This document shows positions 18,694 to 28,442 of a DNA stretch of 44,329 bases, in pieces. Where the stretch lies: the NCBI GenBank assembly GCA_001779235.1, contig MFJN01000034.1, forward strand, positions 11,202-55,530, read 5' to 3'. The notes under the pieces are model-generated. The model was not told where the DNA came from and searched no databases. It saw nothing but the letters and a program-made list of their open reading frames with translations. How positions within the stretch are numbered: position 1 is the first letter of the stretch; each line of letters begins with the position of its first letter. Position numbers and translations under genes: made by a program. The DNA is from Candidatus Gottesmanbacteria bacterium RIFCSPHIGHO2_02_FULL_40_13 (GTDB lineage Bacteria > Patescibacteriota > Microgenomatia > 2-02-FULL-39-11).

Positions 18694-18795
18694 TTATAGG
18701 AAAAACAGGGGAAGCAGTGATGATGCTATTAAAGATAGACTGGAGATGATAATGACAACCGTCCAAAGTTTTTTATGTTTGCGAAAAAAATTCAT
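18694..18795 (-). CDS. Small 33-aa single-pass membrane protein (not in the ORF track)
   Basis: MNFFRKHKKLWTVVIIISSLSLIASSLLPLFFL*; fills the tyrS-recG gap and stops 6 nt before recG. Confidence 0.65.
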   Translation of the reverse strand: MNFFRKHKKLWTVVIIISSLSLIASSLLPLFFL

Positions 18796-18804
18796 ATGTT
18801 TATC

Positions 18805-18841
18805 CGATCCTGGATCGAATTAGCTTCACGATCCAGGATCG
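18805..18841. repeat. Inverted pair of 13-bp palindromes overlapping the tyrS 3' end
   Basis: CGATCCTGGATCG (18805-18817) and CGATCCAGGATCG (18829-18841). Confidence 0.7.
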
Positions 18842-20049
18842 ATCGCTTTGTTCGCTACTAGTAATTTAACAAACTTGTGCTTCCCTGCTTTCACAATCAT
18901 GCCGTTTTTTAAGGAAATTTTCTGCTGCGGATCCGTATATTTTTTTCCGTCAATTTCAACCGCTCCTGCATTTATCAACCGTTTTATTTCACTAGCGCTA
19001 TCTGAGACATTTATTTTCATTAAAGTATCTTTTACCGTTAGATTTTCAGAAACATTAATATTTATTGTGGGAATATCACCTGTCATATCTTTTTTCTGAA
19101 AAGTTGCCTCAAAATAATCCTCTGCTTTTTGGGCATCATCTTCGCTATTTAACATTTTAGTCAATGTAAAAGCCAGAAGTTTTTTGTACTGCATCGGATT
19201 TTTCCCGGACGAAAGATCGTCGCGAAATCTTTTTATATCTTCCATAGGAACATCGGTTATATACTCGAAAGATTTGACGATTACATCGTCGGGTAAACTC
19301 ATTACCATGCCGTAAAGATCATTGGGTAAGGCCGTAAGTGCAATCACATTTCCTTCGGTTTTGCCTATTTTCTTACCGGACGAATCTGTCAGGAGTGGTG
19401 TAGTCATGACAAATTTTTCTTTTTTTAACATGGCGCGGACTAATTTCCTTCCGGCAAGCATATTAAAGGTTTGATCACTTCCTCCCAATTCCAGATCTAC
19501 TTTCATTGCAACTGAATCATACCCCTGCAGTAAAGGGTACATGAATTCCCGGAAATTAATTTCGCTGCCGGATTTCTTTCTTTCCACATACATATCTCTT
19601 TCTTCCAAATATTGCAGTGAAAAATTTTCAGAAATATTTAAAATATCCATTAAACTCAACTTATTTAACCAGTCGCCGTTGTAAAGAATTTCAGCGGCAT
19701 TCTTACCCGAAAACTTCACGATTTTGCCGGCTTGTATCACATAATTCTTAGCATTTCTTCGCAGTTGTCGGTTCGTAAGAAATTTTTCGCGGGTTCTCGT
19801 TTTTCCCGATGGATCCCCGGCTTGCCCGGTACCGTCCCCTATTAAAAATATTACATGATGACCAAGTTCTTGAAACTGGCGAAGTTTCATAAGACCTGTC
19901 ATATGGCCTATGTGGAGTTGTATTCCAGACGGATCAAAGCCTTGGTAAAGACGAAGTTTTTTGCCGCTTCGAAGTAATTTTTCCAATGCTTCTTTAGAAG
20001 GATAAATTTTGTCTACACCCCGGGTAAGCAATTCATCTATCTCGTCCAT
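18826..20049 (-). CDS. tyrS: Tyrosine--tRNA ligase
   Basis: YQGFDPSG..LHIGH, YPLLQGYD, GGSDQ, KIGKT (KMSKS variant), S4-like C-terminus. Start 20049 or 20055. Confidence 0.96.
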   Translation of the reverse strand: MDEIDELLTRGVDKIYPSKEALEKLLRSGKKLRLYQGFDPSGIQLHIGHMTGLMKLRQFQELGHHVIFLIGDGTGQAGDPSGKTRTREKFLTNRQLRRNAKNYVIQAGKIVKFSGKNAAEILYNGDWLNKLSLMDILNISENFSLQYLEERDMYVERKKSGSEINFREFMYPLLQGYDSVAMKVDLELGGSDQTFNMLAGRKLVRAMLKKEKFVMTTPLLTDSSGKKIGKTEGNVIALTALPNDLYGMVMSLPDDVIVKSFEYITDVPMEDIKRFRDDLSSGKNPMQYKKLLAFTLTKMLNSEDDAQKAEDYFEATFQKKDMTGDIPTININVSENLTVKDTLMKINVSDSASEIKRLINAGAVEIDGKKYTDPQQKISLKNGMIVKAGKHKFVKLLVANKAIDPGS

Positions 20050-20092
20050 ATGCATAATATACCATATTTAGATGTTTTACGTTTAGTCTTGT

Positions 20093-20121
20093 TTGCCTGG
20101 AATCTATCTTTTTGCTAAACT
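20093..20121 (+). promoter_or_regulatory. Extended -10 promoter of the PBP gene, leaderless geometry
   Basis: TTGCCT-N17-TAAACT with TGn; ATG 6 nt downstream. Confidence 0.55.
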
Positions 20122-20127
20122 AGCGTT

Positions 20128-22758
20128 ATGGCTCATAATTTCCGCAGCCGGCACAGGAACAGATTGAAATACGGTAAACTAATAAAATTTAACTCCTACT
20201 CCTTGAGGTTGCTGAAAGTAAAACTGGGCAGTCACCTTACGGCTATTACTCTTGTGATATTAGGAGTTTTGGCATTAATCTTTGTCTTGTTGTTTTTTTG
20301 GTATTCCCGGGATTTACCCGCTCCCGATAAAGTTAAAAGAAAAACAGGTTTTTCGACAGTGCTTCTGGACAGGAAAGGAAAACCCATCTATGACATTTAC
20401 TCCGACCAGAATAGAATTCCGATTGCGTTTGCAGAGATTCCGGAAAGTCTGAAAAAAGCCACTATTGCCATCGAAGACAAAAGTTTTTATTCCCATCAGG
20501 GTTTTGATCCGAAAGGAATTCTCCGCTCTCTTTTCAATATCATAACATTTAGAGGTTTGCAAGGCGGTTCAACTCTGACCCAGCAGCTGGTAAAAAATGT
20601 ATTACTATCCAGCGAGCGGACTTTACCCCGAAAAATTAAAGAATTTATCCTGTCTATACAGATTGAAAGAAAATATTCCAAAGATGATATTCTGCAGATG
20701 TATATGAATGAAGCTCCATACGGAGGTACAATGTGGGGAATCGAGTCAGCCGCCGAAGGTTATTTTGGCAAGCATGCCAAAGATTTAGATTTTCTGGAAA
20801 GCATAATTCTTGCAGGGCTTCCGCAAAGGCCTTCATATTATACCCCGTACGGTCCCAATCCTAAGGCATATCTTATTCGTGCCGAAGAAGTGCTCAGGCG
20901 TCTCCGTGAAGATAATATTATTACTTCAAGTCAGGAAGCGGAGTATAAAAGAAATTTACCTGATGTCAAATTTATTTCCAATACCGATCAATCCCGCGCC
21001 TGGCATTTTGTGGAATACGTTAAAAAACAGCTGTCCGAACAGTTTGGCGATGCCCTGATAGAAAAATCAGGTTTGCGGGTGACAACCACTCTTGATTCTG
21101 ATTTACAATCAAATGTCGAAAAAATTATTGTTGAAGAGCTTGAAAAACTGAAAGGCATGAGCGTCAGTAACGGTGCTGCACTGGTAATTGATCCGCGAAG
21201 CGGTGAAATCTTATCTTATGTGGGCAGTAAAGAATACAATTCCCAGGATGAAAATTTTCAGGGTAAATTTGACGTTGTAAGCATGGGTTTCCGACAGCCC
21301 GGTAGCGCTCTTAAGCCAATTACTTATGCTGCAGCCTTCAATAAGGGTTATACCCCGTCATATCTTCTGATGGATGTGGAAACGAAATTTCATGGAGGTG
21401 CCGATAATAAGGATTATATTCCCAAAAATTATGACAATAAATTCCGCGGTCCCGTACAGCTAAGATATGCTCTGGCCAATTCTGTCAATATTCCTGCGGT
21501 CAAACTGACAGCCCTTACGGGCATAATAGATATTCTAAAAACTGCTTCAGATATGGGTATCACTACACTTACTCCGACTGATGATAATGTGCAAAGACTC
21601 GGGCTTTCATTGACTCTTGGAGGAGGTGAAGTAAGGCTTTTGGATTTAACCAGCGCCTATGGAGTATTTGCAACAGGCGGTATAAAGTACGATCCGATCG
21701 TTATTTTAAAAATTACAGACTCCAACGGCAAAACTCTTTATGAGTATAAACCAGGTGCCGGCAAAAGAGTAATAAACGAAGATGTAAGTTTTTTAATATC
21801 CGATATACTGTCCGACAATGACAGCCGAAAGGAAATTTTTGGCCTCAACAGTTACCTGTATATACCTGCACATGATGTTGCAGTCAAAACAGGAACGACC
21901 GACGATAAGCGGGATAACTGGACGGTAGGTTATACTACGTCGTCAGTGGTAGGTGTCTGGGTAGGTAATAACGATAATTCACCCATGAATCCTAAAATTG
22001 CTTCGGGTGTGACAGGAGCTGCTCCCATCTGGAATCGGATTATTAAAAAAGCGATTGAAAAATATCCGGGGAAAACTTTTCATAAACCGGGTAATGTGAT
22101 GAGTCTGGACATTGATGGTTTTGGAGGAGGACTTCCCCGCGAAGGTAGGCCGACACGAAAAGAGTATTTCATCAAAGGTACGGATCCTACCTCCGTAGCT
22201 TCCATTTACCAGAAATTAAAATTATCAAAGGCTGACAATAATAAACTGGCAAATTCTGTTGAGATTGCCAGCGGTTCTTATGACGAAAAAGAATTTATCG
22301 TTTTCCGTGAAGATGATCCGACTTCCCTGAAAGGAAGCGAGAATATGTGGCAAAAGGGTATTGATGCATGGCTTGCAACTCAAAATGATCCTTCTTACCA
22401 TCCTCCGACTGACTCTTCAACCAATAATGAGAACCAGGTCATAGTCAGGATAAAAAATCCACAGGATAAACAGGAAATTAATGATGAAAATGTTAATATA
22501 GATGCCGATGCTAAAGCGGTTAAGAGTATTACCAAAATTGAAGTCTACGTGGATGATGTTTTAAAAACAACCGTCAATAACAGTTATTTTAACGATACCC
22601 TTCATTTAGATAAGGGTGTTCATTCTTTGAAAATTAAAGCTTACGACAGTGATAATCACAGCGGGGAATCTTCTATCACGATTGGAGTCAAAGTCTCCCC
22701 CGACCCCCCCACCTCAACTCCTGTTCCTACAATTCCTACTCCATCCCCTACGCCGTAA
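20128..22758 (+). CDS. Class A penicillin-binding protein with C-terminal Ig-like domain and PT tail
   Basis: EDKSFYSH.G, GGSTLTQQL, RKIKE, RQPGSALK (SxxK), SVN, KTGT. Confidence 0.95.
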   Translation: MAHNFRSRHRNRLKYGKLIKFNSYSLRLLKVKLGSHLTAITLVILGVLALIFVLLFFWYSRDLPAPDKVKRKTGFSTVLLDRKGKPIYDIYSDQNRIPIAFAEIPESLKKATIAIEDKSFYSHQGFDPKGILRSLFNIITFRGLQGGSTLTQQLVKNVLLSSERTLPRKIKEFILSIQIERKYSKDDILQMYMNEAPYGGTMWGIESAAEGYFGKHAKDLDFLESIILAGLPQRPSYYTPYGPNPKAYLIRAEEVLRRLREDNIITSSQEAEYKRNLPDVKFISNTDQSRAWHFVEYVKKQLSEQFGDALIEKSGLRVTTTLDSDLQSNVEKIIVEELEKLKGMSVSNGAALVIDPRSGEILSYVGSKEYNSQDENFQGKFDVVSMGFRQPGSALKPITYAAAFNKGYTPSYLLMDVETKFHGGADNKDYIPKNYDNKFRGPVQLRYALANSVNIPAVKLTALTGIIDILKTASDMGITTLTPTDDNVQRLGLSLTLGGGEVRLLDLTSAYGVFATGGIKYDPIVILKITDSNGKTLYEYKPGAGKRVINEDVSFLISDILSDNDSRKEIFGLNSYLYIPAHDVAVKTGTTDDKRDNWTVGYTTSSVVGVWVGNNDNSPMNPKIASGVTGAAPIWNRIIKKAIEKYPGKTFHKPGNVMSLDIDGFGGGLPREGRPTRKEYFIKGTDPTSVASIYQKLKLSKADNNKLANSVEIASGSYDEKEFIVFREDDPTSLKGSENMWQKGIDAWLATQNDPSYHPPTDSSTNNENQVIVRIKNPQDKQEINDENVNIDADAKAVKSITKIEVYVDDVLKTTVNNSYFNDTLHLDKGVHSLKIKAYDSDNHSGESSITIGVKVSPDPPTSTPVPTIPTPSPTP

Positions 22759-22793
22759 TTTTTATTTTATCCAAATAATGAACCGAGCGGCGA

Positions 22794-24830
22794 TTATTGT
22801 TTAAAAGTAATTTTGTACTTTGAGGTGAGAGTTTGGAGAATTTTATCTCTTACATTTTTTACATCTTCACTTTTCAAATTTTTCTTTTCATCCTGGTAGG
22901 TAATTCTTAATGTCGTTGAGTTATGGTAATGATCGACCATCTCAACTTTTTTTACTATCTTATTAATCTTGTAGATTTCAGAAATTAGAGGTCCGATGTA
23001 TGTTTTGGGAGGGTATTGGATAGTGAGGTCTTCAATGACAGCAGGATATAAGGGAATCGGTATATAACTTTTGGCGGGATTGGAAAGATCAACTAATATT
23101 TCTACATTCAGTACCGCCAAATAAAGAGCATTCTTTATTTGAAAGTTTTGAGAAATTGCTGGGTGGATTTTGCCAATATATGCTATTATTTTCCCACTCT
23201 TAACTAATGATACTGTTTGTTTCGGATGCCAGAAATGGCTCCATGTACCGGCAAAATCATTTTGATTTGATGGAATATTTTCTTTGACGCCCGCTATTCC
23301 CACCTCTTTAAGTAATAATTCAACAAATCCCTTGATCTTATAAAAATTGTTCTGGTTGCTGAGTGCGAGTATTGGAACTTCATCGGGTAAATCGTTCTTT
23401 TTAGGAAGATAAACGTTTGCCAATTCAAATAGTTGCAAATTATCAGAATAAAATTGATTTCTTGCCACAGTATCCAACATAGATGGAATCAGTGAAATCC
23501 GCATGTATTCAATATCAGAGGTAAGAGGATTAGCGACTTTGAGATGAGCAGAAGTTTTTAAGTTTGCTTTAGCGATCAATTCGCCGGAGATAAAAGAGTA
23601 ATTATAGACTTCGGTATGACCCCAATACTTTAGAATTTGTTTTATTTTTTCCTCAATGTCTAAAATTTTGGGTCTATTTGTAACTGGTATTTCTCCGGAC
23701 ATTAGTTTACTTGGCAGATTATGGTATCCATAGATGCGGGCAACTTCCTCAGCAATGTCTTCAGGGATGGTTACGTCAAATTGGCGAAACGTTGGTGGAG
23801 TAATTTCGAGTGAAGTGTTTTGCTCACTTATATGAAACGATAGAGATTCTAAGATACTAACTATTTCTGATTTCTTTAATACAATCCCCAATCTATCATT
23901 AATAAATTCGATAGTAGTCTTTATAGTTGTTGGTTTTGATTTTCTTGGATATATATCGATAAGTTCACCTGCAACTTTTCCTCCGGCAAGCTCCTGATAT
24001 AATTCTATTCCTCGCAGTAATGCTGTTTTTACCAATTCCGAGTCAGGATGTTTTTCATTGATAGTTGCTGCCATGGTGCGGATTCCATAACGCATAGAGG
24101 TTTTTCTTATTAATACCGGATTATTTGATTCAATAAAGAAAAATATTCTCCGTGTGTTTTTATTAACTACGCTATTTTCCGTACCCATGATGCCAGGCAG
24201 ATCAATAACTCTACCTGTTCCGTCATCTATAATGACATCCTCCGAATTTAATAAATATTTTTTATTATCCAAAGTTTCGATTGGTTCATTCTTTTTTGCA
24301 AAACGGATGAGGAATTTATGTGTTTTTATGCGATCGTAATCAAAGACATGGGAAGGGTGTCCGAGTTCAAGCATGACATAATTGGTGATATCAACCAGAT
24401 TATTCAGAGATCGAATACCAGACTTTTCAATGCGGTCTTTGATATAAGCGGGAGATGGTTTCATGAAGTCAACTTCCATCACAACACCCATAATGCGGTT
24501 ACAAATGATTTCAGGATCAGAAACTTCCATAGGGAGATGATTTGATTCCTTCACCCGAAAGGATTCCATACGGCCACCTTTCAGTTGTTTTAAGGCAGCT
24601 TTTATACCGAACCTGGGAAGTATTGCCACAGCTTCTCTGGCAATGCCATATACGGAAGCACAATCTGCCCGGTTTGAAGTAATCTCGATTTCATAGATAT
24701 AATCGTTATTTACTTTATTAATTCTCTCTACAGAAGGGCCACACAGAGATAAGCAGTCTTTCAACTGCTGTGGTGTAGCGTCAGTTTCCAGATATTCTCG
24801 TAGCCAGGAATCGGTAACAAGGATATTCAT
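22794..24830 (-). CDS. pheT: Phenylalanine--tRNA ligase beta subunit (short form)
   Basis: SWLREY, EITSNRAD, NNLVDITNYVMLELG, EDIAEEVARIYGY. Start MNILV at 24830. Confidence 0.95.
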   Translation of the reverse strand: MNILVTDSWLREYLETDATPQQLKDCLSLCGPSVERINKVNNDYIYEIEITSNRADCASVYGIAREAVAILPRFGIKAALKQLKGGRMESFRVKESNHLPMEVSDPEIICNRIMGVVMEVDFMKPSPAYIKDRIEKSGIRSLNNLVDITNYVMLELGHPSHVFDYDRIKTHKFLIRFAKKNEPIETLDNKKYLLNSEDVIIDDGTGRVIDLPGIMGTENSVVNKNTRRIFFFIESNNPVLIRKTSMRYGIRTMAATINEKHPDSELVKTALLRGIELYQELAGGKVAGELIDIYPRKSKPTTIKTTIEFINDRLGIVLKKSEIVSILESLSFHISEQNTSLEITPPTFRQFDVTIPEDIAEEVARIYGYHNLPSKLMSGEIPVTNRPKILDIEEKIKQILKYWGHTEVYNYSFISGELIAKANLKTSAHLKVANPLTSDIEYMRISLIPSMLDTVARNQFYSDNLQLFELANVYLPKKNDLPDEVPILALSNQNNFYKIKGFVELLLKEVGIAGVKENIPSNQNDFAGTWSHFWHPKQTVSLVKSGKIIAYIGKIHPAISQNFQIKNALYLAVLNVEILVDLSNPAKSYIPIPLYPAVIEDLTIQYPPKTYIGPLISEIYKINKIVKKVEMVDHYHNSTTLRITYQDEKKNLKSEDVKNVRDKILQTLTSKYKITFKQ

Positions 24831-24928
24831 AGCGTTAAGCGTTAAGCGTGAAGGGAAAAGTAACAAATAACAATAATCTTTACGCTTTACCCTTTCTGCT
24901 TTACGCTTTACCCTTTCTGCTTTACGCT
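24831..24928. repeat. Heptamer-based tandem/inverted repeat cluster in the pheS-pheT spacer
   Basis: CTTTACGCTTTACCCTTTCTG x2 plus a partial copy (24878-24928), facing AGCGTTA-AGCGTTA-AGCGTGAAGGG (24831-24855). Confidence 0.75.
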
Positions 24929-24930
24929 AG

Positions 24931-25959
24931 TTAAAATTGTTCTAAAAATCTAATATCATTACTATATAAAAGTCTCAAATCATCAATTTTAAGTCCCTGT
25001 TTCATCATGTAGGTACGTTCAACCCCCCAGCCGAAAGCGTACCCGGTATATTTCATGGGATCAATTTTACCGGCCTTTAAAACATTGGGATGAACCATGC
25101 CGGAACCACATAGTTCCATCCAACCTTCTTTACAAAGCCTGCAACCTCTGCCTTTGCAGAATCCACAAGTAATGTCCACTTCAAATGATGGTTCAGTAAA
25201 TTGAAAGTGGAATGGGCGTAACCGTATTTTTCTATCTTTTCCGAAAAATTCTTTAGCAAAATACTCAAAAGTTCCCTTAAGATGTGTGATATTTATGCCT
25301 TTATCTATTACTAATCCTTCGAATTGATGGAACATCGGAGTATGAGAGATATCCCAATTGGGGCGATAACATTTGGCGATGTTGATCATTCTTATAGGTG
25401 GCTTTCCCGCTCTTTCCATTTCTCTTACCTGGCCTGATGATGTATGAGGAGACAAAACCACTTTTCCCATTTTAAGATTTGGGGGTAAATCGATAAAAAA
25501 AGTTTCAAAATCGTCACGCGCAGGGTGATTTACTGGCATATTTAATGAATCGAAAGAATACCATTCCCATTCGATTTCAGGGTATCTTCTGCGTGTAAAA
25601 CCGATTCTCTCAAATATACGGGTAACCTCTGAAATAGTTTGACTGACTATATGTAGATGGCCTAATTTGGGTGGCGTGCCGGGAGCAGTCACATCGAGCC
25701 AGTCGGAGAGCTGATTGTTTGCAACTAATTTTTTTTGCTTACTGATTTTTTCCTCTAAATTCTTTTTTATTTTATTAGCCAAAATCCCAATTATTGGTCT
25801 TTCACTTTGAGGGATTTCTTTAAGTTTCTTAAGTAACTTAGTGAAGTTACCATTTTGCCCAAATAATTTCAGATACAATGCATTTACGTCTTTATCACTT
25901 TTCAACTTCGCCAATTCTACTAGAGACATATTTTCTAATTCGTTTAGTTCTTTTTCCAT
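24931..25959 (-). CDS. pheS: Phenylalanine--tRNA ligase alpha subunit
   Basis: HPARD, HTSSGQ, HTPMFHQFEG, FQFTEPS, GSGMVHP.VL, AFGWGVER. Start MEKEL preferred. Confidence 0.96.
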   Translation of the reverse strand: MEKELNELENMSLVELAKLKSDKDVNALYLKLFGQNGNFTKLLKKLKEIPQSERPIIGILANKIKKNLEEKISKQKKLVANNQLSDWLDVTAPGTPPKLGHLHIVSQTISEVTRIFERIGFTRRRYPEIEWEWYSFDSLNMPVNHPARDDFETFFIDLPPNLKMGKVVLSPHTSSGQVREMERAGKPPIRMINIAKCYRPNWDISHTPMFHQFEGLVIDKGINITHLKGTFEYFAKEFFGKDRKIRLRPFHFQFTEPSFEVDITCGFCKGRGCRLCKEGWMELCGSGMVHPNVLKAGKIDPMKYTGYAFGWGVERTYMMKQGLKIDDLRLLYSNDIRFLEQF

Positions 25960-26022
25960 ATTTGTTGCTTTTTCCACCACGTAATAAATTTTGTCAAACA
26001 AAATTTAAACGTGGTAGGAACG

Positions 26023-27264
26023 TTAAAAGCTTCGCTTTTTTACGTTCCACCATAACTCTATTCTATCAAAAGATTTATTAATTGCATCTTCCGGCGATCC
26101 GAAGGAAAGTCTCAGGTGGTACTCTCCTTCAGGCCCGAAACCGATACCCGGAACGGTGACGACAGCAGCTTCATAGAGTAATTTTTTAGCGAATTCAATA
26201 CTGCTTATCGGCAGGTTGTAGCGTGGAAAAACATAATAGGTACCACAGGGCTTTACATAAGAAAAAAGATCAGGCAGGTTGTCCAGTCGTTTACAGATAA
26301 TATCGCGGTTGCGTTTTAGCCATTTTCTATGATTATTAACTACTCCCTGCGGACCGGTCAACGCGGCGATCGCTGCCTCCTGGGATATATGCGGTGCGCA
26401 AACGATGTTGGCGTCATGAATTTTTAAGATATGCATCAGCAATTTTTTATTAGTATGAAGGAATCCTATTCGCCATCCCATCATACCGTATTTTTTTGAC
26501 AGGGAACAGCATCTGATGACCCTGGGCCAGAGTTTTTTTATCGAAGCAATATTAAAATATGAAGTATCATCATAAATGAGAAAATCATAGACTTCATCGG
26601 TAATGACATATATTTTAGTCTCGTATAAGATCTCTGCGAGACTTCTAAGGTCTTCTTCCAAAAAAACGGCGCCTGTCGGATTCTGGGGATTATTTATCAC
26701 GACTGCTTTAGTTTTTTTAGTGATGGCCTTTTTAATATTGACAACATCTAAACGGTAACCTGTTTTTTTATCTTCAATCATGGGAACAGGAACCGCGATA
26801 CCTCCGGCGATTGATACCTGCTCGCCGTAGGATGAAAAATAAGGAGAGGGTAAAATAACCTCATCACCGGGATTAACCAAAGTCAGCATTGAATAGAGTA
26901 GTCCTGCCATACTGCCGGGAGTTATCAGAATGTCATCGGAGGAGGTTTCAATTCCCAGTAATTTTTGTGAAAGCGCAGCAGTTATGGTGCGAAGTTCAGG
27001 CAATCCTGTCAGAAGTGTGTATTTATCAATATCTTTTTTATTTTTTATTGCCTTGATAGCATGCTGGTGAATAAAGTCTGGTGCGGGATAAAAAGGAAGT
27101 CCTACCCCGAGCGATACTATGTCTTTACCTTTATTCTGTTCCAGTGCGCCAAGATATGTCATTTCCTTAATGACGGAAACACTGGTATTTTTAAGCCTTA
27201 CTGCGAGCTCCGGCAAATCGACGGTGTCGCCTGTTGAAGTTAGAACCGATCTGTTGTTGTTCAT
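26023..27264 (-). CDS. Class I/II PLP-dependent aminotransferase, probably the aromatic aminotransferase of the operon
   Basis: NNPQNPTG, DEVY, SLSKKYGMMGWRIG; last gene of the aro block. Confidence 0.9.
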   Translation of the reverse strand: MNNNRSVLTSTGDTVDLPELAVRLKNTSVSVIKEMTYLGALEQNKGKDIVSLGVGLPFYPAPDFIHQHAIKAIKNKKDIDKYTLLTGLPELRTITAALSQKLLGIETSSDDILITPGSMAGLLYSMLTLVNPGDEVILPSPYFSSYGEQVSIAGGIAVPVPMIEDKKTGYRLDVVNIKKAITKKTKAVVINNPQNPTGAVFLEEDLRSLAEILYETKIYVITDEVYDFLIYDDTSYFNIASIKKLWPRVIRCCSLSKKYGMMGWRIGFLHTNKKLLMHILKIHDANIVCAPHISQEAAIAALTGPQGVVNNHRKWLKRNRDIICKRLDNLPDLFSYVKPCGTYYVFPRYNLPISSIEFAKKLLYEAAVVTVPGIGFGPEGEYHLRLSFGSPEDAINKSFDRIELWWNVKKRSF

Positions 27265-28427
27265 AAGTTTCTTAGGTTACCTAGGTAACTTAAGTAATTC
27301 CCATTAATTTCTGCCATCGAGTCACCGCCAAACTTTTCCAAAAAAGAATTGGCCAAAACAAACGACAGCATCGCCTCAGAAATAACTCCGGCGCGTGGAA
27401 TGACGCATATGTCAGACCGTTCAAGCAAGGCTTTGGCGGCTTTCTTTGTTTTTAAGTCAATTGTATTCAGAGGACTTCCGAGTGATGATAGAGGTTTATG
27501 ATACACTCTGACGACTACATTTTCTCCATTGGTAACCCCCCCTTCCAGACCTCCGGCACGGTTTGTTTTTCTCCTGATATTATGACCGTCAGAAATTATT
27601 TCATCATGAACATCAGAGCCAAGATCAGAAGCGTTGGCAACTCCTGTCCCTATTTCGACTGCCTTGACTGAAGGAATGCTCATCAATGCTCCGGCAATCA
27701 ATCCGTCGAGTTTCCGGTCATAATGTACATAACTTCCAAGTCCGGCAGGTACCCGGGATGCGATAACTTCAATGACCCCTCCTAAAGTATCTTTACTCAT
27801 CGTAGCATCAATAATCGCTTGTTTCATCCTTTTAGAAGTGTTCATCTCAATGCATCTGATGTCTGGATCTGTCTGATCGACGCTGACGATTTTGTGAAAA
27901 TCCCGCTCTTCTGCTTCCAGTATAACTTTGCCGATTTGTACCGTGTGGCTAGCAATCAGCATTTTAAATTCAGCCAGCAGTTTTTTGCATATTGCCCCGA
28001 CAGCCACCCGCATTACCGTTTCCCGTGCGCTGGCTCTTTCCAAGACGCTGCGCACATCGTCAAAGTGATATTTGATTACTCCTGCCAGATCGGCATGACC
28101 CGGCCTGGGGTTGGTTAAGTGTTTTAGCTTTACACCCTCGGATGTTAAGGGTTCAATACTCATTTTTTCATTCCAATTATCATGATCCATATTATCCACC
28201 AGAAGCGCAATCGGACTTCCCAAAGTTTTACCATTCCTTACTCCGGAGAGGATTTTTACTGTATCAGACTCTATTTTTCCACGCCCCCCCCGTCCTGCTC
28301 CGGATTTACGTTTCTCTAGCTCTTTTTGTATATCGTGGTGAACAAGTGATAATCCAGCGGGTATCCCCTCTAAAATAGCAACTTCAGCCGGTCCATGTGA
28401 TTCTCCTGCAGTTAAAAACCTAATCAT
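27261..28427 (-). CDS. aroC: Chorismate synthase
   Basis: AGESHG, PRPGHAD, ERASARET, TNRAGGLEGGVTNG, RSD.C. Confidence 0.96.
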   Translation of the reverse strand: MIRFLTAGESHGPAEVAILEGIPAGLSLVHHDIQKELEKRKSGAGRGGRGKIESDTVKILSGVRNGKTLGSPIALLVDNMDHDNWNEKMSIEPLTSEGVKLKHLTNPRPGHADLAGVIKYHFDDVRSVLERASARETVMRVAVGAICKKLLAEFKMLIASHTVQIGKVILEAEERDFHKIVSVDQTDPDIRCIEMNTSKRMKQAIIDATMSKDTLGGVIEVIASRVPAGLGSYVHYDRKLDGLIAGALMSIPSVKAVEIGTGVANASDLGSDVHDEIISDGHNIRRKTNRAGGLEGGVTNGENVVVRVYHKPLSSLGSPLNTIDLKTKKAAKALLERSDICVIPRAGVISEAMLSFVLANSFLEKFGGDSMAEINGNYLSYLGNLRNL

Positions 28428-28442
28428 ATGATTATTAGAAGT

